This document shows positions 56,563 through 64,000 of a stretch of DNA of 64,000 bases, piece after piece (position 1 is the stretch's first letter; the number at the start of each line of letters is the position of its first letter). The notes beneath the pieces are model-generated. The model was not told the DNA's origin. It searched no databases and saw nothing but the letters and a program-made list of their open reading frames with translations. The position numbers and the translations under genes are program-made. The DNA comes from an uncultured Alphaproteobacteria bacterium (GTDB lineage: Bacteria; Pseudomonadota; Alphaproteobacteria; HIMB59; GCA-002718135), in NCBI GenBank assembly GCA_902620425.1, contig CACNHX010000001.1, positions 93,471 through 157,470 on the forward strand, read 5' to 3'.

Positions 56563-57788
56563 AATCGGTTAGGAGAATAAGCGCTGATATCTATATTTGG
56601 CAATTGATCTTTTGATAAACTATCAATAATTTTTCCCGTAACAGCTCCTAAAGTCCAGCCAATATGTTGATGTCCAAATGCATAAATGACATTATTATTT
56701 TTGCGAGACTTTCCAATAACAGGTAATGAGTCTGGTAAAGTAGGCCTTCTACCCATCCATGTTGATCTTACTTCTTTCAATTGAGGTAAAACCTTTCTTG
56801 ATTGTCTTTCTATCATTTCAAGACGTTTTTTATTAGGTGGTTTATTTAAACCTGCTATTTCAACTGTACCAGCAGCTCTTATACCATTATGAATTTGTAT
56901 TAAATAAAATCCAGACTCAGACCAAGCAACGGGACGATTTATTAATTTCTCATCAGTTTCAAATAAAAGGTGATATCCTCTTTCGGTGTCAAGAGGGAAT
57001 TTATCTCCAAGCTTGTTTGCAATTTCATTGGACCAAGCACCAGCACTTACAATTATTTTATCAAAATAAAGTTTTTTATTTTCTAAAAATAATTCAATAT
57101 TTTTTTCTTTCTGCGTTAAATTTTTTATATTTTGATTTATATAAATACCACCTAATTCTAAAAACTTTTCAAAAATTTTAGTACTTATTGCTAATGGATT
57201 TGTTGTGTGTCTCGATCCAGTAAAGACTTGCCCAGAATAATAAACATCAGCTAAATTTGGTTCTAATTCTTTAACTTCATCTTTATTTAAATTTCTTACT
57301 TTAACGTTATTATTTTTTCTAATAATGTTTGCGTATTCATAATTTTCATAAGATTTTTTTGAATCAAAAAGATAAAGATTTTCTTCATGACTAATATATT
57401 CTTTTACATTTACATCTTGAAAAATTTCATCGTAAGATATTTGTGAGTGTTTTAATAGGTTGGTAAGAGAGTTTGCTATTTCATTAACTTTTTCTTTTTT
57501 ACAGTTTTTTAAAAAACTTATTGCCCAAGGCAAGTTCTTTAAAATATAAAAAAAATCAACTGCCAAAGGTCCATCTTTTCTTAAGAGCATTGATGGTATA
57601 TCCCAAATCAATCCAGGATAATTTACAGGAACATTTGCATAGTCTGCAAAAGTACAAGCATGACCAAAACTTGTCATTGAACCAGGCTGCTCCCTGTCAA
57701 TTAAAGTTACATTAAATCCAGATTTTTTTAAAAAATATGCGCTACATATACCAACTATGCCAGCACCAATAACAGCAATGTTCTTCAC
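56559..57788 (-). CDS. FAD-dependent oxidoreductase of the DAO/DadA family (PuuB-like by context)
   Basis: KNIAVIGAGIVGICSAYFL. The ORF track starts at a TTG (57845), which overlaps the upstream permease by 53 nt. The in-frame GTG at 57788 lies 4 nt after that stop and directly precedes the Rossmann motif. Confidence 0.8.
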   Translation of the reverse strand: MKNIAVIGAGIVGICSAYFLKKSGFNVTLIDREQPGSMTSFGHACTFADYANVPVNYPGLIWDIPSMLLRKDGPLAVDFFYILKNLPWAISFLKNCKKEKVNEIANSLTNLLKHSQISYDEIFQDVNVKEYISHEENLYLFDSKKSYENYEYANIIRKNNNVKVRNLNKDEVKELEPNLADVYYSGQVFTGSRHTTNPLAISTKIFEKFLELGGIYINQNIKNLTQKEKNIELFLENKKLYFDKIIVSAGAWSNEIANKLGDKFPLDTERGYHLLFETDEKLINRPVAWSESGFYLIQIHNGIRAAGTVEIAGLNKPPNKKRLEMIERQSRKVLPQLKEVRSTWMGRRPTLPDSLPVIGKSRKNNNVIYAFGHQHIGWTLGAVTGKIIDSLSKDQLPNIDISAYSPNRF

Positions 57789-57792
57789 TGTT

Positions 57793-58689
57793 CTATCGAG
57801 CTTTAATACCTCTGAGTTTTTCAGACCTTCTTCTAAGTAGCTCAACTGTAGTTAATAAAAATATAGAAAGAAGCACTAAACAAGTAGCCATACATAAAAT
57901 AACAGGGCTAATTTCTTGTCGTATCCCGGCCCACATTTGTTTTGGAATAGTTAACTGATCAATACTAGCCATAAACATAACTATAACAACTTCATCAAAT
58001 GATGTAATAAACGCAAATAAAGCTCCTGATATAATACCTGGTAAAATCAATGGCATAATGACTTTAAAAAATGTTCTCATTGGTTTAGCACCTAAGCTTT
58101 GAGCTGCTTTTACCATATTCATATCAAAACCAACTAATGTTGCCGTTACAGTGATTACTACAAAAGGTGTAGCAAGAGCAACATGTGCAAGAATTACACC
58201 TGTGAAAGTATAAACAAGATTTATTCTTGCATAGAAGAAGAACATTCCTGCAGCTGTTATAATTAATGGAACAATCATTGGTGAAATTAATATTGCCATT
58301 ATCAAACCTTTATATGGCATATGTGGTCTACTTAAACCAAGAGCTGCCAGTGTTCCTAAAGCTGTAGCAATAACAGTTGCAATAATACCTATATAAAAAC
58401 TATTTACTGTACCAACCATCCACTTTGTTGAACATGGGACTGTAGATGAAACGACGTCAGCACTACAATCACCAATCATATTTTTATACCATCGTATCGA
58501 CCAAGCTTCAGGATCAGGGGGCCAAGCCAGCATTCCTTCTGTAAAAACCATAAAAGGTGAAACGCTGAAAGATATTGGAATAATTGCAAATAGTGGTGCT
58601 ATTAAAAAGAAGAAAACTACAGTGCAAAAAAATAAATAAAAGTAATAGTATGTTCTTTGAACTGGTGATGCGTAACTTGGGAGAGCCAT
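57793..58689 (-). CDS. Polyamine-type ABC permease (PotC/PotI-like)
   Basis: 298 aa. Loop AAQSLGAKPMRTFFKVIMPLILPG. Confidence 0.8.
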   Translation of the reverse strand: MALPSYASPVQRTYYYFYLFFCTVVFFFLIAPLFAIIPISFSVSPFMVFTEGMLAWPPDPEAWSIRWYKNMIGDCSADVVSSTVPCSTKWMVGTVNSFYIGIIATVIATALGTLAALGLSRPHMPYKGLIMAILISPMIVPLIITAAGMFFFYARINLVYTFTGVILAHVALATPFVVITVTATLVGFDMNMVKAAQSLGAKPMRTFFKVIMPLILPGIISGALFAFITSFDEVVIVMFMASIDQLTIPKQMWAGIRQEISPVILCMATCLVLLSIFLLTTVELLRRRSEKLRGIKAR

Positions 58690-58693
58690 ATTA

Positions 58694-59971
58694 TTATCCT
58701 AACTTTATGTTGTCTATTCCAACAATTTTATTGTAAAGCCAATAGAAGATCAGCATTATACCAAGAAGTATACCTCCAAGAGCAGCACACAATCCCCAAT
58801 TGAGTGTAGTTTTTAAATGGTATGCTATCCAACTTCCAATTAATTTACCATCTTTTCCTCCAACTAATTCAGGGGTTATAAAATATCCAATTGCAAGGAC
58901 AAATACTAATAAACCTCCAGCACTTATTCCAGGAATAGTCTGTGGCAAGTAAACACGCCAAAATGCCATTGCAGGTTTAGCGCCTAAGTTTTGAGCTGCT
59001 CTCATATGACTTTTAGGAATTACTCTCATTACGCTATACAAAGGTAAAATCATAAATGGTAATAAAATTTGAGTCATAGCAATTAAAGTTCCAGCCTCAT
59101 TGTAAACCATTTGAATACGACCATCATCGCTTATAACACCTAACCAAACTAAAATTCCATTGATAACGCCATTTTGTTGAAGCATTACAATCCATGCTGT
59201 TGTTCTCACAAGTAAGGAAGTCCAAAAGGGTAATAGTACAAAAATCATTAAAAGATTACTGTATCTAAGAGGTAGATTAGCTAATAGATGAGCAACCGGA
59301 AAACCAAGAATTAAGCAAAAAATTGTAACATATACACTTACCTTAAAAGTTCTAAGCCAAGTTTTTATATACATTCTTCTTTTTTCATCTTGTAGAACAA
59401 CATCTCCATCTTCATCAAATGTTCTATCAAGTGCGTTCCAATAATAAATTGAAGATCTATCATTTACCATTTGGTTAAAAGAGTACCAGTAAGTTGGATC
59501 ACCCCAAAACTTATTTATTTTTATAAATGTATCTTTGTACGAAACAGGCTCTTCGCCCTTTTTTACAATTTTTTTTATTTCTCTAGTGGTTTTTTTTATT
59601 AAACTTTTCCAGCCAGATTTAGCATAATTCATTCTTGTTAAAGCTTTACCTATCTGCCTTTTGTCTCCATTGGCTAGTTCGAAAAAAAGACTTTTATATA
59701 CTTCTTCTGGAGGTAGTTCGTCTGCTCCTTTATCCCAGTTTTTATATTCTTCAAAAGTTTTGGGAAAAACTGAATTAATTTGGCTATCGTCAACACTCCT
59801 GAGAAGCATATCTCCGATTGGCATTACAAAAGTAACAATAATAAAAAGAAGTAAAGGAAAAACTAGAAGAAAAGCTCGAAGTTTATTTCTTCTTTCAGCT
59901 TTGCGAAGACTTTGTTTAAGTGGGATACCGTCAGTAGTTAATAATTCAGCTGTAGAAATAGTAACCTCCAA
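58694..59971 (-). CDS. Polyamine-type ABC permease (PotB/PotH-like) with a ~150-aa insertion after TM1
   Basis: 425 aa. Loop AAQNLGAKPAMAFWRVYLPQTIPG. The start is uncertain: the track uses a TTG at 59971, and a GGAGG sits just inside the ORF. Confidence 0.75.
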   Translation of the reverse strand: MEVTISTAELLTTDGIPLKQSLRKAERRNKLRAFLLVFPLLLFIIVTFVMPIGDMLLRSVDDSQINSVFPKTFEEYKNWDKGADELPPEEVYKSLFFELANGDKRQIGKALTRMNYAKSGWKSLIKKTTREIKKIVKKGEEPVSYKDTFIKINKFWGDPTYWYSFNQMVNDRSSIYYWNALDRTFDEDGDVVLQDEKRRMYIKTWLRTFKVSVYVTIFCLILGFPVAHLLANLPLRYSNLLMIFVLLPFWTSLLVRTTAWIVMLQQNGVINGILVWLGVISDDGRIQMVYNEAGTLIAMTQILLPFMILPLYSVMRVIPKSHMRAAQNLGAKPAMAFWRVYLPQTIPGISAGGLLVFVLAIGYFITPELVGGKDGKLIGSWIAYHLKTTLNWGLCAALGGILLGIMLIFYWLYNKIVGIDNIKLG

Positions 59972-59975
59972 ATAA

Positions 59976-59999
59976 AAAGGCGAGATAATTCTCGCCTTT
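59976..59999 (-). terminator. Rho-independent terminator/attenuator between the SBP and permease genes
   Basis: Arms aaaggcgaga (59976-59985) and tctcgccttt (59990-59999) with a 4-nt loop. On the minus strand it is followed by TTTTTATTT. Confidence 0.7.
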
Positions 60000-60030
60000 A
60001 GATTAAATTACAAATTTTAATTTATCAAGC

Positions 60031-61134
60031 TTAGTTACCCATCCATGCAGCATAACGCTCGTTAATTTCTGCACCGTAATCTGACCACCATTGTGGATCA
60101 CTCACGATTGAAACTTTTAAACGTTCTGGTGTGTTGGGCATATGAGGCATAATATCAACACCTCCTGGTCCCCAAGGCTCATTGTTTTCAATGATTGGAA
60201 TACCAGATGCTCTCATTGGTCCATATGTAATATATTTAGCTTGTTCAGCTTGTGCTTCAGGAGTTGAAGCATGCATCATAAAGTCAATAGCTGCATCTCT
60301 ATTAGGAGCTCCAGCAGTTAGACAAAGATACTCTTGGTCTAAAACCTGACCTTCCCAAATATACTCAAAGTTTTCACCTTCAGCTAAGTTTGCTGCACCT
60401 ACACGACCGTTATATGCAATAGCCATAATAACTTCACCACTTTTTACTAACTCAAGTGGTTGTGAACCAGCAGACCAGAAAACAACATCGTCCTTAATTC
60501 TGTCCATAACTTCAAATGCTCTATCAATAGCACCTGTTTGGTTAGCTAAAACTGTAGGAACTGCATTTGGACTTACTCCATCTGCTACCATAGCTTTTTC
60601 GATTACACCTGTAGCCCAAGTATGAATACCTCTTTTACCAGGAAATTTTTCTGTATCAAAAAAGTCTGCCATACTGTCTGGTTTCTCTCCAGGGAATGCA
60701 TCTGGGTCATAAAATACAACGTATGTCCAAAAGATTTGTGGTACACAACAGTCCCAACCAGAGTGGTATTCAAGACCATTATTTTCCATATCTTCTAACA
60801 TTGATTCACCATCAGGGCCTGGAGTTGATAATTCAGCAATTTCAGAAGAAATATCTTCAAATAGACCTTCATCACAACCTGTGATTGCATCAGATGGTAA
60901 TACATCTACTAAATCCCAAGTAACACTTCCACTTTCTACTTGAGCTCTTACTTCACCTAAACCTCCATTGTAGTTTTCAAAGACAATTGAGCTAGGATCA
61001 GAATATGTATCAGCATAAGCTTTTTGTTGACTTTCTGTATAAGCACCACCCCATGAAGCAACTGTTACAGCGCTAGCTGCAAAAGGAGCAAATACAAGTG
61101 ACACAAATAAGAAGGCTTTTAAAAATTTAGACAT
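60031..61134 (-). CDS. Periplasmic polyamine-type solute-binding protein (PotD/PotF family)
   Basis: 367 aa. Signal peptide MSKFLKAFLFVSLVFAPFAASA. AGGAGG SD (complement of 61141-61146). Confidence 0.8.
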   Translation of the reverse strand: MSKFLKAFLFVSLVFAPFAASAVTVASWGGAYTESQQKAYADTYSDPSSIVFENYNGGLGEVRAQVESGSVTWDLVDVLPSDAITGCDEGLFEDISSEIAELSTPGPDGESMLEDMENNGLEYHSGWDCCVPQIFWTYVVFYDPDAFPGEKPDSMADFFDTEKFPGKRGIHTWATGVIEKAMVADGVSPNAVPTVLANQTGAIDRAFEVMDRIKDDVVFWSAGSQPLELVKSGEVIMAIAYNGRVGAANLAEGENFEYIWEGQVLDQEYLCLTAGAPNRDAAIDFMMHASTPEAQAEQAKYITYGPMRASGIPIIENNEPWGPGGVDIMPHMPNTPERLKVSIVSDPQWWSDYGAEINERYAAWMGN

Positions 61135-61265
61135 ATATATCCTCCTATTTTTAATTATTTAATCTTAAGATTATGTCTGTAATGCTCGTGTAATAACATG
61201 TCGTTAAATGAAAAAAAAGGGGTAAAAGTAAAAAATTTTGGCTAAATATAAAGAAAAAAGTATAA

Positions 61266-62354
61266 TTATAGATCTAATGCTCGAACATCTTCAGAATTCC
61301 AGCTTAATTTAAGTTCATCACCCTCTTTATGATTAAAACTTCCTTCATTTGGAACCTTGACTATAAACTCATTATTACCACAAACATCAAGCCTAGCTCT
61401 GATGTGATCTCCTAGGTAAATTAGTTCTTCAATTTTACCTGAAAAATTGTTGGAGTCAGATGTTGTTTTATCAATTGAAACACGTTCTGGTCTTATAGAT
61501 AGTTGGGTTTTTTCTCCAACTTCATTCACATTAATTTTTAATGCTTTCACCGTTCCAAAACCACCATCCAATTCAACAGTACATGATGATCCATTCAATT
61601 CCCTAACAACACCATTAAGTGTATTATTTTCACCTATAAATTTTGCAACAAAAGAATTTTCAGGTTTTTCATACAAGATATCAGGTGTAGACAATTGTTG
61701 TACAATTCCATCATTGAATACTGCAATTCTATTGGACATTGTTAATGCTTCACTTTGGTCATGAGTAACATACACAACTGTTATGCCAATTCTATCATGA
61801 ATATGTTTTATTTCGTATTGCATCTGTTCACGTAAATTCTTATCGAGTGCACCTAAAGGTTCGTCCATTAATACTAGGCGAGGTTCAAATACAAGCGCTC
61901 TTGCCAAAGCAACTCTTTGTTGTTGTCCACCAGATAATTGAGCAGGAAATCTAGTACCAAAATTACCTAACTCTACCATATCAAGAGCTTTCTGCACTTT
62001 TTCTTTAATATCTGGTTTTGAAATTTTTCTCACTTCTAGAGGGAATGATAAATTTTCCGCAACAGTCATATGGGGAAATAAAGCATAGTTTTGAAATACC
62101 ATTCCAATTTCTCTTTCATAAGGAGGTATTTTACTTATTGGTTTAGTATCCAAAAATATTTCACCATTTGTAGGAGTTTCAAAACCAGCTAACATCATCA
62201 AAGTTGTTGTTTTACCTGACCCTGATGGACCTAACATTGTTACAAATTCACCCTTAGCAATGTCCAAGTTTAAGTTTTTTACTACTAGTACTTCTCCATC
62301 ATAACTTTTATCTATCTTTTCAAATTTAACGAAACTTTGAGATGTGTCATTCAT
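61266..62354 (-). CDS. PotA-like ABC ATP-binding protein
   Basis: Walker A GPSGSGKTT, signature LSGGQQQRVALARAL, and a C-terminal TOBE-like domain. The track starts at a TTG (62396). I prefer the ATG at 62354 (MNDTSQSFVKFEKIDKSY). Confidence 0.85.
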   Translation of the reverse strand: MNDTSQSFVKFEKIDKSYDGEVLVVKNLNLDIAKGEFVTMLGPSGSGKTTTLMMLAGFETPTNGEIFLDTKPISKIPPYEREIGMVFQNYALFPHMTVAENLSFPLEVRKISKPDIKEKVQKALDMVELGNFGTRFPAQLSGGQQQRVALARALVFEPRLVLMDEPLGALDKNLREQMQYEIKHIHDRIGITVVYVTHDQSEALTMSNRIAVFNDGIVQQLSTPDILYEKPENSFVAKFIGENNTLNGVVRELNGSSCTVELDGGFGTVKALKINVNEVGEKTQLSIRPERVSIDKTTSDSNNFSGKIEELIYLGDHIRARLDVCGNNEFIVKVPNEGSFNHKEGDELKLSWNSEDVRALDL

Positions 62355-62420
62355 AATATATTTTGTAATGAAGCTTGAATAACTGCATGAAAACAAATAG
62401 TCAAAAGTTAATTTAAAAAA

Positions 62421-63284
62421 ATGTTCATATTTGGAGTTATTTTTGCTTTAGTTGCTGGAATTTTGTTTGGCTTAATTGGCCCTACTACAAAAATAGCATA
62501 TAATTCAGGAGCCTCTGTAGCATTAACTATTTTTTTACGTTACGCAGTTGCTTCGATAATTATAGTACCTTTTATCCCATATCAAAAGAATCTATTAGAA
62601 ATTTTTAAAAAGAACCTCAAATACTTTTTATCTATATCAGCGGGTTCAATATTATTAACGCTTGGATTATTGACTTCAGTTATATTTATTGAAGTTAGTT
62701 TAACAATTCTTATTTTTTGCCTCTATCCAATATATGTTCTTCTATTTTCTATTATTGTCGATAAAGAAAAAATTTCATTAACTGTAAAGATTCTCTTTTT
62801 TGTAACATTTTTAGGAATTGTTTTAGTTATAGGACCATCTTTTAAAGTCATAAATATAGTAGGTATTCTTTTAGCTTTTCTTGCATCACTTGGGTCAACT
62901 AGTATGATTATAGTAAATCAAAAAATGTCTTTTAAAGGTATTTCACCAATACCAATTAATATCTTTATAAATTTTTTTAATACTTTTTTCTTCTTTGTAA
63001 TATTAAAAATATTTTTTTCTTTAAATTTTAATTTTGATATCAATATTTATCTTTTAATTTTGATTCCTTCGGTGTGTTATAGCTTTGCACTTTTATCACA
63101 ATTAATTGCTATCCCAAAGATTGGACAATCATATACCGCTTTATTTTTGTATTTAGAACCAGTGGTCGGTGTTCTTGGAGCTGTTTTTTTATTAAAAGAA
63201 AATTTAGAAATTTATCAAATGATTGGTGCTTCGATTGTAATAATAAGTTTGCTATCAGCTTCTTTTATTAGTCGTAGAAACTAA
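62421..63284 (+). CDS. EamA/DMT-superfamily transporter
   Basis: 287 aa with about 10 hydrophobic spans in two similar halves. Confidence 0.6.
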   Translation: MFIFGVIFALVAGILFGLIGPTTKIAYNSGASVALTIFLRYAVASIIIVPFIPYQKNLLEIFKKNLKYFLSISAGSILLTLGLLTSVIFIEVSLTILIFCLYPIYVLLFSIIVDKEKISLTVKILFFVTFLGIVLVIGPSFKVINIVGILLAFLASLGSTSMIIVNQKMSFKGISPIPINIFINFFNTFFFFVILKIFFSLNFNFDINIYLLILIPSVCYSFALLSQLIAIPKIGQSYTALFLYLEPVVGVLGAVFLLKENLEIYQMIGASIVIISLLSASFISRRN

Positions 63285-64000
63285 AATTGATTTTTCATGA
63301 AGTTAAACCAATTCTGACCTATTATTTTTGTAGAAACTTTTTCTGGAATATTATTTTCACACATTAAATAAAATAAATTATTTAAGTCACTTGGTTGCTT
63401 ATACCAACTTGGTAACTTAGGCCATTTTGGATTTTTATCTTTAGATTCTCCATAGTCGATATTTTTGGTCCACTTTCCATTTCTCATCCACATAACTACA
63501 TCATCAGGCCAATTTAAACAAAGATCAGAGCCTATTCCAATATTGTCTTCACCAATTAGGTTTACTAGCTCCTTAACCATTTCACAAAAATCTTCTATAG
63601 TACAATCACCTAAATTTTTAAGATGGTAAGGATATAAACTTAACCCAATAAAACCATTTTTTTTAACAAGTTTTTGTAAAATATCAGTATCAATGTTTCT
63701 TTTAGATTTATGAAAGAAATTTGGATTAGCATGAGAAATTGCCACAGGTTTATTTGAGACTTCAATAGCATCAAGACAAGTTTGCTTTCCTGCATGACTT
63801 AAATCTATAATCATGCCAAGTCTATTCATTTCTTCAATAACAGCTTTTCCAAATCGTGAAACACCTGAGTCTTTAGGTTCAAAACATCCTCCAGCAAGTG
63901 GGGTTTGATTATTATAGGTGAGTTGCATAAATCTTACACCTGCTTCAAAAAATTTTTCAATTAAAAATATATCATTCGCAATAGGAGCAGAATTTTGAAA
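63281..64000 (-). CDS. Membrane (renal-type, M19) dipeptidase; N-terminus lies outside the window
   Basis: VAISHANPNFFHKSKRNIDTD and NIGIGSDLC. The frame stays open upstream of the Met at 63928 to the window end (FQNSAPIANDIFLIEKFFEAGVRFMQLTYN...). Confidence 0.75.
   Translation of the reverse strand, partial: FQNSAPIANDIFLIEKFFEAGVRFMQLTYNNQTPLAGGCFEPKDSGVSRFGKAVIEEMNRLGMIIDLSHAGKQTCLDAIEVSNKPVAISHANPNFFHKSKRNIDTDILQKLVKKNGFIGLSLYPYHLKNLGDCTIEDFCEMVKELVNLIGEDNIGIGSDLCLNWPDDVVMWMRNGKWTKNIDYGESKDKNPKWPKLPSWYKQPSDLNNLFYLMCENNIPEKVSTKIIGQNWFNFMKNQF

Noticed and set aside
57789-57845. A 53-nt overlap between the FAD-oxidoreductase ORF and the upstream permease, considered as a possible programmed overlap.
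   Set aside because: The track start is a TTG. An in-frame GTG at 57788, 4 nt after the permease stop, gives the usual M-K-x-I-A-V-I-G-A-G start, so the overlap is most likely an ORF-calling artefact.
1-64000. A search by eye for tRNA/rRNA genes, CRISPR arrays, riboswitch-sized leaders, integrases, transposases, toxin-antitoxin pairs and defence-system genes.
   Set aside because: Only two intergenic regions are longer than 150 bp (161 and 195 bp), and none shows tRNA-like or repeat-spacer structure. Every ORF over 150 aa has a plausible metabolic or transport assignment. Small elements could still be missed without covariance-model searches.

Overview
This is a very AT-rich (roughly 30% G+C by eye, not computed) and extremely compact bacterial chromosome segment. 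It holds 58 protein-coding genes, two of them cut by the window edges, and only about 1.8 kb (~3%) is non-coding by ORF coordinates. I found no rRNA, tRNA, CRISPR, integrase, transposase or phage genes, and no recognisable transcription factor. The composition and protein types (SPOR-tailed PBP, ThuA/ThuB-like pair, NagB-II-type SIS deaminase, five Gfo/Idh/MocA enzymes) suggest a streamlined marine alphaproteobacterium; SAR11-like or HIMB59-like is an unverified guess. Functionally the window is an uptake-and-catabolism region with five ABC importers (one CUT2, three CUT1, one polyamine-type). Each importer is embedded in oxidoreductase-rich operons, including a chitobiose/GlcNAc locus, a uronate/inositol-like dehydrogenase locus and a gamma-glutamylation-type amine locus. 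The observations most worth a second look are: (1) a translationally coupled cytoplasmic trio of Cys-insert Gfo/Idh/MocA oxidoreductase, PHP/DUF3604-like protein and Cys-type sulfatase next to a complete sugar importer, with no sulfatase maturase in the window; (2) a CUT1 importer with two structurally aberrant permeases, co-oriented with a PhyH-type dioxygenase and a PanB-like protein lacking PanB catalytic motifs; (3) a 13-gene same-strand amino-sugar operon that mixes GH20/NagA/NagB-II with GMC and enolase-superfamily enzymes but has no NagK; (4) an 841-bp tandem duplication of a MalG-type permease gene with mosaic blocks of 100% identity; (5) a 12-codon relic of a desaturase-like gene that marks a past replacement event and reveals a recurring desaturase-first operon layout; (6) strong AGGAGG Shine-Dalgarno sites plus GC-rich downstream hairpins used almost exclusively around solute-binding-protein genes. 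All functional calls rest on motif recognition by eye and none was checked against a database.
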